Shown: positions 26,136 to 35,119 of the stretch, piece after piece
Layout of the letters: each line of letters opens with the position of its first letter
How positions within the stretch are numbered: the stretch's first letter is position 1
Virus genome (UHGV): UHGV-0196339
DNA length: 35,119 bases
Strand: one strand, 5' to 3'
Origin: a virus
Position numbers and translations under genes: made by a program
Notes under the pieces: generated by a model
Database searches by the model: none
What the model was told of the DNA's origin: nothing
What the model saw: the letters and a program-made list of their open reading frames with translations, nothing else

Positions 26136-26736
26136 TTCACTGTTACCACCATCAGCCAGCAGTTTCATGCGTTGTGTCGAAACTGCCAGCACACGCATCA
26201 CAGGCATTCCGGTAAACCTCAGCACACTGTGGTCGCCGGACACATGCCCGGTGCACCTGCTGCCTTATCTCGCCTGGGCGTTTTCCGTTGACCGCTGGGA
26301 TCGCAACTGGCCGGAAGAGACAAAGCGACAGGTGATTCGTGATGCATGGCTGATACACCGACATAAAGGCACTCTCAGCGCACTGCGAAAAGTTGTTGAG
26401 CCACTTGGTTACACGATCGAAATTAAGGAATGGTGGCAGCTCAATGAGGAACCAGGGACATTTCGCATTGTTGTCGGGGTACTTGATCAGGGCATCACCG
26501 ATGAAATGTACATGGAGATTGAACGCCTTATTGCAGATGCAAAACCTGTAAGTCGTCATCTGGCTGGTATGACAATCACTCTGGATACCAAAGGCAATAT
26601 TTTTACTGGTGCAGGGTGTTACCTCGGTGATGCTCTGACAGTGTATGCCTTCACCCCGGAGGAAATTACCGCCAGAGGAGAGTGCACCCCAGCCCAGTCC
26701 GTTCATTTAATTGATAATCTGGAAGTGAAAATATGA
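26128..26736 (+). CDS. I: Baseplate/tail protein I
   Basis: ATG at 26128 overlaps the J stop. MSNSLLPP..., LLPYLAWAFSVDRWD, HRHKGTL, IADAKPVSRHL match P2 I. The ORF track starts at 26062. Confidence 0.85.
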   Translation: MSNSLLPPSASSFMRCVETASTRITGIPVNLSTLWSPDTCPVHLLPYLAWAFSVDRWDRNWPEETKRQVIRDAWLIHRHKGTLSALRKVVEPLGYTIEIKEWWQLNEEPGTFRIVVGVLDQGITDEMYMEIERLIADAKPVSRHLAGMTITLDTKGNIFTGAGCYLGDALTVYAFTPEEITARGECTPAQSVHLIDNLEVKI

Positions 26737-27701
26737 CTGTAAAATACCATGCCATCCTGACAAACCAGGGCGCAACACGAATGGCGCATGCGGTCACGCC
26801 TGGCAACAAACTCAATCTGACGCAAATGGCTGTTGGTGATGCGAACGGAACATTGCCAACGCCAGATCCGGCGCAAACAAGCCTCATTAACCAGAAACGC
26901 ATTGCACCGCTGAATATGCTGAGCATTGACCCGAACAACCCCGGCCAGCTCATTGCGGAGCAAATCATCCCTGAAAACGAGGGAGGATTCTGGATCCGTG
27001 AAATTGGTCTTTTTGATGATGAAGGTGTACTCATTGCGGTGGCAAACTGCCCGGAAACATACAAACCCAAATTACAGGAAGGCAGTGGTCGCACCCAGAC
27101 TATCCGCATGATTCTTACAGTATCAAACACAGACGCTGTTACCTTAATCGTCGATCCTGCTATCGTGCTGGCCACACGGCAATACGTAGATAATCAGGTT
27201 ATCGAAATAAAAGAGCTTCTGAGTGAACATGAAGCAAAACCCGATCCTCATCCTCAGTATGTCAGCAAAACAAGTGAGGAAATGAAGCTTCTGGCTTCAG
27301 TTACAGAGATTGGTAAAAAACTGTTATCCGCCGGAGCTGTTGAAGATATCTGGTCACTACTCGGGCATGATTCAACTTTTGACGGAACACCGGATAACTG
27401 GTGTATTCGATTTAAGAATGGATTTATGGTTCAGGGCGGCACTTTACCTGAAACCGGACCCGCAAGAGTAATCACATACCGGGTCCCCTTCACAACAGCC
27501 GTGCTCTGGCATGATGCTCTGGGATATCAGGATTATTCAGGAGGTGGAGGTCTCGCATATTATAAAATGCACACAATGAAAGATATTGGACTAACCAGCG
27601 CAAAAATCGGGATGCTCGGTTATTTTCGTGCAGATACGACTCAGTTTATTCCGTCGCCGTCATCCATGACGGGCGGGAAATATATTTTTATGGGGTATTG
27701 A
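26733..27701 (+). CDS. H: Tail fibre protein H (short form with divergent C-terminal domain)
   Basis: 322 aa. N-terminal 150 aa (TQMAVGDANGTLPTPD...GGFWIREIGLFDDEGVLIAVAN...EGSGRTQTIRMIL) matches the conserved P2 H N-terminus. C-terminal half unrelated and short. Confidence 0.8.
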   Translation: MTVKYHAILTNQGATRMAHAVTPGNKLNLTQMAVGDANGTLPTPDPAQTSLINQKRIAPLNMLSIDPNNPGQLIAEQIIPENEGGFWIREIGLFDDEGVLIAVANCPETYKPKLQEGSGRTQTIRMILTVSNTDAVTLIVDPAIVLATRQYVDNQVIEIKELLSEHEAKPDPHPQYVSKTSEEMKLLASVTEIGKKLLSAGAVEDIWSLLGHDSTFDGTPDNWCIRFKNGFMVQGGTLPETGPARVITYRVPFTTAVLWHDALGYQDYSGGGGLAYYKMHTMKDIGLTSAKIGMLGYFRADTTQFIPSPSSMTGGKYIFMGY

Positions 27702-28139
27702 ATGAAATATACATACAGCCCGTCAGCCGGCGCATTTTTCCCAAATGAATTCAAAGAAAGCTATAAAGCGGCAGGAAGCTGGCCAACTGATGGTATTGAG
27801 GTGACAAAGGAAATTCGGGATAAGTTTTTAGCCCAGCCACCTGAAGGTAAGTGTCTCGGTGCAGACCAGAACGGGCACCCTGCATGGATTGACATACCCG
27901 AGCCAGATAAGGAAGAACAACAGGCCGAATTCATCAATGAACGAAACCTGCGAATATTGTTTGCTAATGACTATATTGCCAGTAAGCAATGGCCCGCCAG
28001 AGCTGTTCTTGGTCGGTTAAAGGGTAACGAATTATCTGATTACAATAAGTGGCTGGATCACCTTGAAGAACTTGAATCAATAACCCTCGACACTGTTCGT
28101 AATAATCACTGGCCGCAACCCCCTCTACCTTCGACATAA
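27702..28139 (+). CDS. G: Tail fibre assembly protein G
   Basis: 145 aa, immediately downstream of H. N-terminal MKYTYSPSAGAFFP... typical of Tfa proteins. Confidence 0.75.
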   Translation: MKYTYSPSAGAFFPNEFKESYKAAGSWPTDGIEVTKEIRDKFLAQPPEGKCLGADQNGHPAWIDIPEPDKEEQQAEFINERNLRILFANDYIASKQWPARAVLGRLKGNELSDYNKWLDHLEELESITLDTVRNNHWPQPPLPST

Positions 28140-28142
28140 TCT

Positions 28143-28170
28143 ATTGGCCGTGCCATTACGCACGGCCAAT
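28143..28170. terminator. Bidirectional hairpin terminator between convergent G and U
   Basis: Perfect 10-bp stem ATTGGCCGTG/CACGGCCAAT with an 8-nt loop in the 34-nt gap between convergent stops. Confidence 0.5.
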
Positions 28171-28173
28171 ATT

Positions 28174-28665
28174 TCAGACACGAGAAAAAACATTTCCCAC
28201 TGTTTCATATGCTGAGCTTGCTGTTTTCTGGAAATCACCCAGAAGATCTCCGAAGGAGGATGACTGCAGGCGCTCCCGCAAATCCTCATCACAGCGTTCA
28301 AGGGTCAGTGAAAACTCTATCTTTTTCGCCTTACCGTAGCGATCAAACTCGGAACGGGTCGTATTCGTTTCGGTCAGGACATACATGCCGTAAATCTGCC
28401 CGACGCCATCAATCAAAGGCCAGGGACGTCCTGTATACGCCTGCGTGGTCAGCAGCGACAGCGACACTTCGCCACCTGTAATTTCAGGATAAAGCACACC
28501 AGAAAGCACAATGCGATCATCGCCTGCCCCGATATACTGCCAGCTTGCTGAACGGTTAACGCGTTCATTTTTCACATGTCGCCAGCTTTTATTTTGCTGT
28601 AACTGCTGATGCGGCAATGTGCGCAGCTCAAAAACAAACATGCCGTAGATCATCATCATGTCCAT
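28174..28665 (-). CDS. U: Tail protein U
   Basis: 163 aa. MMMIYGMFVFELRTLPHQQLQQNKSWRH resembles the P2 U N-terminus. Last gene of the minus-strand tail operon. Confidence 0.8.
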   Translation of the reverse strand: MDMMMIYGMFVFELRTLPHQQLQQNKSWRHVKNERVNRSASWQYIGAGDDRIVLSGVLYPEITGGEVSLSLLTTQAYTGRPWPLIDGVGQIYGMYVLTETNTTRSEFDRYGKAKKIEFSLTLERCDEDLRERLQSSSFGDLLGDFQKTASSAYETVGNVFSRV

Positions 28666-28671
28666 GACTCC

Positions 28672-31515
28672 TCAATCTTTATCGTAAAAACTGCCACGCC
28701 CGGCACGGGCGCGCCGTTCTATTTCTGCCCTGACCATTTCACCGACCAGTTTCGCCAGTTCGCGGGGATTCTGCGTAACAACGTTATGCAGATGGACATG
28801 AATTTCACCACCAAATCCGGAGGCAACAGGCTCCTGGTTACGGGAAGTTGCAGGAACTGATGCCACTGGCGATCGTATGGCCTCCACCACCGGGCGGGAG
28901 TTGGCCGCAACAACAGGGACCAGCGCCGGAGGCAGCGGAGCCGGGACCACGGGTGTGATATTAATTGCGGGGGCAGGCTTACTGGCCTGCGCAATCTTCC
29001 GCTCCTGCCACTCCCCACGAACGGCAAGTGCGCGGGGCAGGTTCTTAAAGACAATATCACCGGGGCCAATACGTTTTTTCGTCTCATCAACCAGCTTACC
29101 TGTGTTATCAGCAATTTTGCTGAGTCTGCGTAGCGTACCGGTATTGCTGTCTGTGAGCGGTTTGTTGTCTTTGGGTTTATCACCTCCGGTGCCATTGCCA
29201 TTTTCCACAGGCTTCGGTGGATTGATTTTCGCCAGGTCCCCCTGAAGCAAGGCAACCTTGTCCTGAAGAATGGCCGCACGCTGTGCGTCTTCGATTTTCT
29301 TTCTCGCCCTTTCCGCTTCATCCGGAAGCACACCGAGCTTTTCAAGTATCCACGCCAGCGTATTCAGCAACATTTTTGCAGGTGTCAGAACAAGCTGTAA
29401 CGTACCGCCAAGAACGTTACCGAATATCTCGCCAGCACTGGTACATTTATCCAGCGTTTCCTTGCTGGACTCCATCGGTGACAGCAGCGATTTAAACCAG
29501 TTAAAGAGCTGAATAATCCCATCGCGCACGACATCAAAAACAGGACCAAACCGTTCAAAGGTTTCGCGCAACGGAGCCAGCCGTTCCATAATCCCACTGA
29601 ACACCCCGGCATAAAACGCCTTGATGGGTTCCCAGTATTTCCAGATGAGAACCGCCGCAGCCACAAACGCGGCAACAATCAATCCGACCGGACTGAACAG
29701 CGCCCCGATAGCGCCACCCAGCAACGAGATGGAACCTGTTACCATTCCCCATAGTGCTGGCAGCACCCTGACGACATTCATTGATCCGGTCAGGAGAGAA
29801 AAACCAAGACGTAACGTGGCCAGTTTCCCGTGAAGCACGCCAATAACCAGCGACAACGAGCCAATCGTTGCAGTCATTGCCAGCAACGCACCGCCTGCTA
29901 TCAGTAGCTGGCGCGTCAGTGCCGGATGGGCCTGCGCCAGCGCCGTCACCCTTGATACCACCCGCGTGAGCCACTGCGTGACAGAACGCAGCGGGCCGTC
30001 AATCAGATCTGCAATGCGGATGCGCAACCCTTCCCATGCACTGCCGAGTGATTTCAGATCGCCATCAAGGTTGTTGGCCATAACCTTTGCCGTGCGTTCA
30101 GCCTCACCGCGTGCGCCTTCAAGTTCTTTTCTCAGTTTGGGTAAGGAACCGTCACCTGCCGCATCAACGAGGGCCATAAACGATGTGAAAGCCTCTTCCC
30201 CGGCGATGTCCTTAAAGAAGGATACCCGGTCAACTTCCCCGTATTTGCGGGTGGCTTTATAAAGGTCGGCCAGCACATCCTCCATCGGACGCATTTTGCC
30301 GTTCGCGTCAGAAACTGCCACACCAAGCTCTTTCAGCGCCTCTGCTGCTGCCTTTGGCGGTGATGCCAGACGAGCCAGGCTGGCACGCATTGCCGTCCCG
30401 GCATCACTCCCTCTGATACCCATATTCGCCAGCACGCCCGCCATCGCTGCGGCCTGCTCCAGCGATATTCCCAGCTTACCCGCCACCGGACCTGCATATT
30501 TCATGGTTTCGCCCAGTGCGCGAAGGTCAGTGTTGGTACGGGTAAACGCTGCGGTGAGTGTGTCACCAACCCGGTCCATCTGGTCAGCAGAAAGGCCGAA
30601 CTGCGTCAGGATATTTGAGCCAATATCCGCCGTCTCGCCGAGATCCATACCGCCAGCCGTTGCCATGCTCAACACGCCGGGAAGCGCAGCCTGAATGGCC
30701 TGCGGTGTGAAGCCAGCCATTGCAAGAAATGCCTGTCCACTGGCGGCATCGCCTGCGGTGAACTGCGTTTCAGAGCCAAGTTTTAACGCCTGCTCACGCA
30801 GCGCCTTAAACTGTGGGCTGTTCTGGTCGATTCGCGTCAGTGCCTGAACGCGGGACATCTCTTTCCCGAACCCGATCGCAGGCTGCAAAAAACGCCCGGC
30901 AGCATAGCCGCCAGCCGCTGCCGCACCAATTGCCAGCGCACCACCTGTTTTCAGTTTTCCAGCAGTTTCCTGCGCGCGCGAATACCGCTCACGCGCCCGC
31001 GTTACACGCGCAAGCGTCTGCCGTTCGCGTTCAAGCTGGTTGTTGTACTGTTCGGTGCGTCTGATGGCCTGCTGGATGGTGTTATCGCTGCCTGTCAGGG
31101 AAATGCCGTGGCGTTTCAGCTCTCCGCCAAGTTCCCGCATTTTCTGAATTTCCCGTGTGCGCGATTCATTCAGGCGTTCAAGCCGGGTGCTTAACTGCTG
31201 CATCAGCTTTTGTTGTTTTTCGCTGAGCACTGTACCCGTGCGTTGTAACTGATTAAGGGCGTTAAGCTGGCGTCGTGCTTTCACGATGCCAGCATCCGCT
31301 TTACTGACAGCGTCGCGGGCGCGCTCAAATGATCGCGCCTGACGCTCGAGATTTTTGATCGCCCCCTGCGTTCGCTGGATGGCGTCACCAAACTGCCCCA
31401 TCAGGCGGCGTGCGTTTTCGGCAGGTCGGGTCAGCCTGTCAACGGCGCTGAAAGCGACCCGGATATCAAGAGTCTTCATTGTCTGCATTCCCGCTGCGAA
31501 GTGCCGCCCGCTCAC
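28672..31515 (-). CDS. T: Tail tape measure protein T
   Basis: 947 aa, coiled-coil N-terminus, central Gly/Ala-rich hydrophobic region. Position between E/E' and U. Confidence 0.85.
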   Translation of the reverse strand: MSGRHFAAGMQTMKTLDIRVAFSAVDRLTRPAENARRLMGQFGDAIQRTQGAIKNLERQARSFERARDAVSKADAGIVKARRQLNALNQLQRTGTVLSEKQQKLMQQLSTRLERLNESRTREIQKMRELGGELKRHGISLTGSDNTIQQAIRRTEQYNNQLERERQTLARVTRARERYSRAQETAGKLKTGGALAIGAAAAGGYAAGRFLQPAIGFGKEMSRVQALTRIDQNSPQFKALREQALKLGSETQFTAGDAASGQAFLAMAGFTPQAIQAALPGVLSMATAGGMDLGETADIGSNILTQFGLSADQMDRVGDTLTAAFTRTNTDLRALGETMKYAGPVAGKLGISLEQAAAMAGVLANMGIRGSDAGTAMRASLARLASPPKAAAEALKELGVAVSDANGKMRPMEDVLADLYKATRKYGEVDRVSFFKDIAGEEAFTSFMALVDAAGDGSLPKLRKELEGARGEAERTAKVMANNLDGDLKSLGSAWEGLRIRIADLIDGPLRSVTQWLTRVVSRVTALAQAHPALTRQLLIAGGALLAMTATIGSLSLVIGVLHGKLATLRLGFSLLTGSMNVVRVLPALWGMVTGSISLLGGAIGALFSPVGLIVAAFVAAAVLIWKYWEPIKAFYAGVFSGIMERLAPLRETFERFGPVFDVVRDGIIQLFNWFKSLLSPMESSKETLDKCTSAGEIFGNVLGGTLQLVLTPAKMLLNTLAWILEKLGVLPDEAERARKKIEDAQRAAILQDKVALLQGDLAKINPPKPVENGNGTGGDKPKDNKPLTDSNTGTLRRLSKIADNTGKLVDETKKRIGPGDIVFKNLPRALAVRGEWQERKIAQASKPAPAINITPVVPAPLPPALVPVVAANSRPVVEAIRSPVASVPATSRNQEPVASGFGGEIHVHLHNVVTQNPRELAKLVGEMVRAEIERRARAGRGSFYDKD

Positions 31516-32004
31516 GCCAGCTAACCACTTCGCCGGGCGTCATCATGAAGATTTCGGCGGGCGACCAGTTAAAAATGGCGGCAATATCCGCCACCAGATC
31601 TTCGATGCGCTCAAAGCACACCAGGGTGATTACGCTGCCGTCTCCTGCACGCTCTTCGCGCCAGAGTCTGGCTCGCTCATAAAATTTACAGCCACAGCGC
31701 ACAACTGAATAAAATCGCGTGACGACATTTTTTTAATCATCACTTCATCCAGTCGTGGCGAGGTCACGCGAGGCAACAGCGTGAACATGGTATCCGCTTT
31801 CAGGTTCAACACATCAGAAAGCGACAGACCACGCAGAGATCCAGCCTGCTCAATAGCCCCGGTGATTTCCACATACGTGATTTTTTCGCCACCGCGCTCA
31901 ATTGGTCGGGCCAGTTTTACGCCACGTTCGACAGCCATATCCTCACCTGCCGTCACATCATCCGCCACGGCGTTATTCTGGGTTTCAGTATTGATGTTTT
32001 TCAT
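31466..32004 (-). CDS. Tail assembly chaperone E+E' (-1 programmed frameshift product)
   Basis: The -1 frame is open from about 31702 to 31466 and overlaps the E 3' end. Slippery heptamer A_AAT_TTT on the minus strand (plus-strand 31681-31687). The E' frame ends inside T, as in P2. Confidence 0.5.
31630..32004 (-). CDS. E: Tail assembly chaperone E
   Basis: 124 aa, AAGGAG SD, between the tube and tape-measure genes. Confidence 0.75.
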   Translation of the reverse strand: MKNINTETQNNAVADDVTAGEDMAVERGVKLARPIERGGEKITYVEITGAIEQAGSLRGLSLSDVLNLKADTMFTLLPRVTSPRLDEVMIKKMSSRDFIQLCAVAVNFMSEPDSGAKSVQETAA

Positions 32005-32059
32005 CAGTTGTCTCCTTTTCAGTCAGAGGCGACGCACCGCGCCGCCTGCATATTACTTA

Positions 32060-32572
32060 TCAGCCAAGCCCAAGCGCGGAACGGATGCGATCGGGCACAA
32101 TGTCCTTGCCGTCCTTCCGGTAGATGTGGTTCAGCAGGTCGATTTCCCACAGCGGACGATCGTTAACGCTCAGCTTGTAGTAGGTGTTTTTGACAGCGTA
32201 AGTGTGTGATGTGGCTTCGCCCTGTTTGGCTTCCCCCATATCAATTTCCGTCACACGCCCGCGCATCTCGATTTCATACAGATCACTTTCTGCATCGGTG
32301 TAGTATTCACCCGCAAAACGCAGCAACGTGCCGTCAATCGTGCCGCCATATTTAAGGAACAGCTCACGGACTGCCCCCCCCATGACAAAACTCGCATCAA
32401 GCGCAGAATCATCAAGACCGAGGTCGATACTCACCGCCCCCATCATGCCACCGCCACGATAGCTTTCAGTTTTGCGCGTCAGTTTAGGTGGAGTGACGGA
32501 CGTCACCTTACCCACTTCGTTTTCACCATTCACAAACAGCGTAAAAAAGCGAAGATGTTTTGGTACAGCCAT
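32060..32572 (-). CDS. FII: Tail tube protein FII
   Basis: 170 aa, ATGA overlap with FI, position and size as P2 FII. Confidence 0.85.
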   Translation of the reverse strand: MAVPKHLRFFTLFVNGENEVGKVTSVTPPKLTRKTESYRGGGMMGAVSIDLGLDDSALDASFVMGGAVRELFLKYGGTIDGTLLRFAGEYYTDAESDLYEIEMRGRVTEIDMGEAKQGEATSHTYAVKNTYYKLSVNDRPLWEIDLLNHIYRKDGKDIVPDRIRSALGLG

Positions 32573-33756
32573 CAGACACCTCCCAACACCGCAAATGCGG
32601 GATCAAAGTATTCATCAGTAAACGTCTGGTAAAGCTCCATATCTTCCAGCGGAGGAACGGGCGTATATTTGTAGCGAATACGCACACGCCCCTGTCGCAA
32701 TTCCGTGGTACTGTTATCCACAATGTCATACCAGCACGACGCCCCAATCAGTTTCCCGGCAGTAACCAGCGAATCCAGTTTTGCCCTGATAGCACTGATA
32801 ACATCCTTCACGTTCGCGGGCGTCAGTGGACTGTCGATGGTTTCAAACTGCGCTTCCGCAATTGAATCAGCCAGCACCTGTGCGGTTCGGGTATACACCT
32901 CAAAGATGTAGGCGTTCGTTTCCGGTGTGCGGTTGCCCCAGAAACGGAACCCGTTGCGACGAATAATGGTCGTGATTTCTTTGTTGTTAAGGCTGTTGGC
33001 ATCGCTGTCTTCGGCCTGCAACGACCAGAACACATGCCGGGACATCCCCAGCACATTTTTAACCGGAACGTTGGACAGTGATTTGTGCCATCCCTGCTCA
33101 TGGTCAATGTACGCACGAAGGCCGCACGCATAGGCAGACGCGGGGAACGTTTCGTTTTTGCCACTTTTCGGGTTGTAGGCGATGAAGTCAGGCCATAAGA
33201 GCATCACCTCACGTTCGTTGAATTTCTGGCGGTAGGTAATCGCCTCAGCCATCGTGTTACAGCCGTGACATGAGGCATACACAAACGCGCGCAGTTTACC
33301 TGCAATCACGCACAGGGATTTTGTTACAGCCTCCGTGTCCAGCTCCGGCGCGGCCAGAATACGCGGACGGTATCCGATGCTTTCATCCTGCTCTGCAACA
33401 AGCAGCGCATACATCCCCGTATAGCTGCCGTCAGATTCAGAACCACCGATAACCAGTTGATCCTGCGTCTTTCCGTCTTCTTCTTTGTGTTCAGCCACGC
33501 GAACGACGATCACCTTTGTGCTCACCTGGTCTGCGATGGCCTTAAGCGCACGATAAAGCGTCCCCGTTGTCCCGCATTTCCCCAGCACGTCATTGACGCG
33601 GGTCAGCAGTGTGGGCTTGTTCAGCGGGAACAGCTTCGCGTCCGCATCATCCGCCGTTGCCACGATACCGATAACGCTGGAATCAACATCGTTAATCGCT
33701 GTTACCAGGTCGGTATTTTCCGTAACACGGGCACCATGAAAACGAGTTTCACTCAT
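32572..33756 (-). CDS. FI: Contractile tail sheath protein FI
   Basis: 394 aa. ADDADA..FPLNKP, GTLYRALKAIADQ, KLRAF, WPDF, EQGWHKSLSNV, IRRNGFRFWGNRT, YTPVPPLE blocks match P2 FI. Confidence 0.9.
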   Translation of the reverse strand: MSETRFHGARVTENTDLVTAINDVDSSVIGIVATADDADAKLFPLNKPTLLTRVNDVLGKCGTTGTLYRALKAIADQVSTKVIVVRVAEHKEEDGKTQDQLVIGGSESDGSYTGMYALLVAEQDESIGYRPRILAAPELDTEAVTKSLCVIAGKLRAFVYASCHGCNTMAEAITYRQKFNEREVMLLWPDFIAYNPKSGKNETFPASAYACGLRAYIDHEQGWHKSLSNVPVKNVLGMSRHVFWSLQAEDSDANSLNNKEITTIIRRNGFRFWGNRTPETNAYIFEVYTRTAQVLADSIAEAQFETIDSPLTPANVKDVISAIRAKLDSLVTAGKLIGASCWYDIVDNSTTELRQGRVRIRYKYTPVPPLEDMELYQTFTDEYFDPAFAVLGGV

Positions 33757-33913
33757 AGCTTCAGCCCCTTGTATCCGTTAAATGATTCGGCAACAATCAT
33801 CACCCACCACGCGCGTAATCTCACCCCTGCGCCGTTCTCCCGCCACGGCGACAACAAAAAGCAGTAACCCCCTCCGCACGCACATGCGACCATGCCGCAC
33901 AGGGAGGGAGCAG
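33757..33913. promoter_or_regulatory. Divergent late promoter region between FI (minus) and D (plus)
   Basis: 157-nt intergenic region between divergent starts. Shares CCCTTGTATC, ACAACAAAA and AACCCCCT with the P-O region. Confidence 0.4.
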
Positions 33914-35023
33914 ATGACCGACACCACCATGCAATTGCTCAGTCAGGGCACGGACCCCGTGAAAATGCCGGATTTTGATATTCTCACGGAGGGGAAAACG
34001 CTGCCCAGCGTGGCAGAGCGCCTGATGAACCTGTCACTGACCGACAACCGGGGATTTGAAGCAGACCAGCTCACCATCACGCTGGATGATGCAGATGGTC
34101 AGTTGCAGCTACCGCCACGGGGCGCGCGCCTGACGGTTCTCATTGGCTGGAAAGGAGAACCGCTGACAGAAAAAGGTACTTATATTGTTGATGAAATCGC
34201 TCATGAAGGACCGCCGGACAGGCTGACTGTTTCAGCCAGAAGCGCAGATTTCCGGGATGAATTTAACGTTAAACGTGAGGTGTCCTGGCATGATGTGACC
34301 GTTGAGCGTGTGGTATCCGCCATCGCTCACCGGTACGGCCTGAAACCGCAAATCAGCGAAATGCTGATGGATATCGAAATCGACCACGCTGACCAGACTG
34401 AAGAAAGCGACATGTCCTTCCTTACGCGCATGGCGGAAATGCTGGGCGCAATCACCACAGTAAAAAGCGGTAATCTGTTATTCATCATGCCAGGCGGTGG
34501 CGTGAACGCACAGGGCCAGCCGTTGCCATCGTTCGCCATCACTCGCAGTAGTGGCGATCGCCATCAGTTCCGCATTGCTGACCGCGAAGCGTATACGGGA
34601 GTACGCGCTTACTGGCTTGATCTTAATTACGGGAAAAAGAAAAAAGTCAGCGTGAAACGCCGCAAACCGAAAAAAGAGAAAAGCAGCAGCCGTGAAGGTG
34701 ACTATATGGAAGGTTCGGAAGGCAACGTGTTTGTGTTACGCAAAACTTATCAGAACGAACAGGCAGCAAGACGCGCAGCGGCGGCAAAGTGGCAGCAGCT
34801 ACAACGCAGAGCCGCATCATTCTCCATCACACTGGCACGTGGACGCGCAGAACTCTACCCCGAAATGCATGGCACGGTGACAGGCTTCAAAAGTGACATC
34901 GACAATCAGGACTGGATTATTGCAAAAGCCGAGCACACCATTGATAACAGCGGCTTTACCACGCAGCTTGAGCTTGAGGCAAAAATCCCAGAGTGGATAG
35001 CAGAAACAGAGCGAGCAACATAG
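33914..35023 (+). CDS. D: Tail protein D (late control gene D family)
   Basis: ATG at 33914 preceded by AGGGAGGGAG. About 369 aa with the gpD-family layout. The ORF track extends the frame upstream to 33782. Confidence 0.85.
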   Translation: MTDTTMQLLSQGTDPVKMPDFDILTEGKTLPSVAERLMNLSLTDNRGFEADQLTITLDDADGQLQLPPRGARLTVLIGWKGEPLTEKGTYIVDEIAHEGPPDRLTVSARSADFRDEFNVKREVSWHDVTVERVVSAIAHRYGLKPQISEMLMDIEIDHADQTEESDMSFLTRMAEMLGAITTVKSGNLLFIMPGGGVNAQGQPLPSFAITRSSGDRHQFRIADREAYTGVRAYWLDLNYGKKKKVSVKRRKPKKEKSSSREGDYMEGSEGNVFVLRKTYQNEQAARRAAAAKWQQLQRRAASFSITLARGRAELYPEMHGTVTGFKSDIDNQDWIIAKAEHTIDNSGFTTQLELEAKIPEWIAETERAT

Positions 35024-35119
35024 ATACATTAGTTCATGCATAAGCTGGCCAGCTTACTACAAAAAGCTAGAATAAATTTGGCAATCCGCACAAATTAACA
35101 GGAGGCAGCTCAGGCCTCC

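Larger units (their letters stand above)
1..35119. mobile_element. P2-like (peduovirus-type) temperate myophage genome, circularly permuted in this window
   Basis: Collinear P2-type gene set: ogr, int, gene A, Q-P, O-N-M-L-X, lysis genes, R-S-V-W-J-I-H-G, FI-FII-E-T-U, D. Several products match remembered P2 protein sequences (N, J, I, W, FI, A). att core lies between ogr and int. Confidence 0.85.

Noticed and set aside
28719-30694. Multiple ORFs of 60-208 aa on both strands within the tape-measure gene
   Set aside because: All are nested within or antisense to the 947-aa tape-measure frame, which is the only one with a coherent operon context.
35040-35070. Palindrome AAGCTGGCCAGCTT downstream of gene D as a terminator
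   Set aside because: No adjacent T-run on either strand; may be a protein-binding site, but evidence is too thin to call.
1-35119. CRISPR array or other regularly spaced direct repeats
   Set aside because: No repeat-spacer periodicity seen. The only short repeats are the TGCACAA and GATTCTCAAC motifs in intergenic regulatory regions.

Overview
The window reads as a near-complete P2-like (peduovirus-type) temperate myophage genome, circularly permuted relative to the canonical P2 map. ogr, a 55-nt tRNA-Leu 3' fragment (att core) and int lie at 2.3-5.1 kb, and gene D is at the right edge. All calls are from reading the sequence and the ORF track; no database search was run. The conserved backbone is: int, a cI-like repressor and a divergent early operon; gene A (rolling-circle replication initiator); Q-P and O-N-M-L-X capsid/packaging genes; a lysis cassette (holin, M15 endolysin, overlapping spanins); R-S-V-W-J-I-H-G tail and baseplate genes; and FI-FII-E/E'-T-U plus D. 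The FI-U block is on the minus strand, divergent from D, which differs from P2. Accessory cargo, mostly AT-rich, comprises: (1) a type I Thoeris system (thsA SIR2-SLOG + thsB TIR) between D and ogr; (2) a hok/mok-like type I toxin next to att, with a truncated paralogous leader; (3) an AAA+ ATPase + S8 subtilase pair (IetAS-like architecture) at the A-Q hotspot; (4) two unknown genes, a tail-anchored membrane protein and a secreted protein, inside the repressor-integrase operon. The membrane protein's N-terminus repeats an 11-residue motif found at the repressor C-terminus. I consider (4) the best candidate for an undescribed lysogen-expressed module and (3) the best candidate for a mechanistically unresolved defence system. 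No CRISPR array, rRNA or intact tRNA gene was seen.
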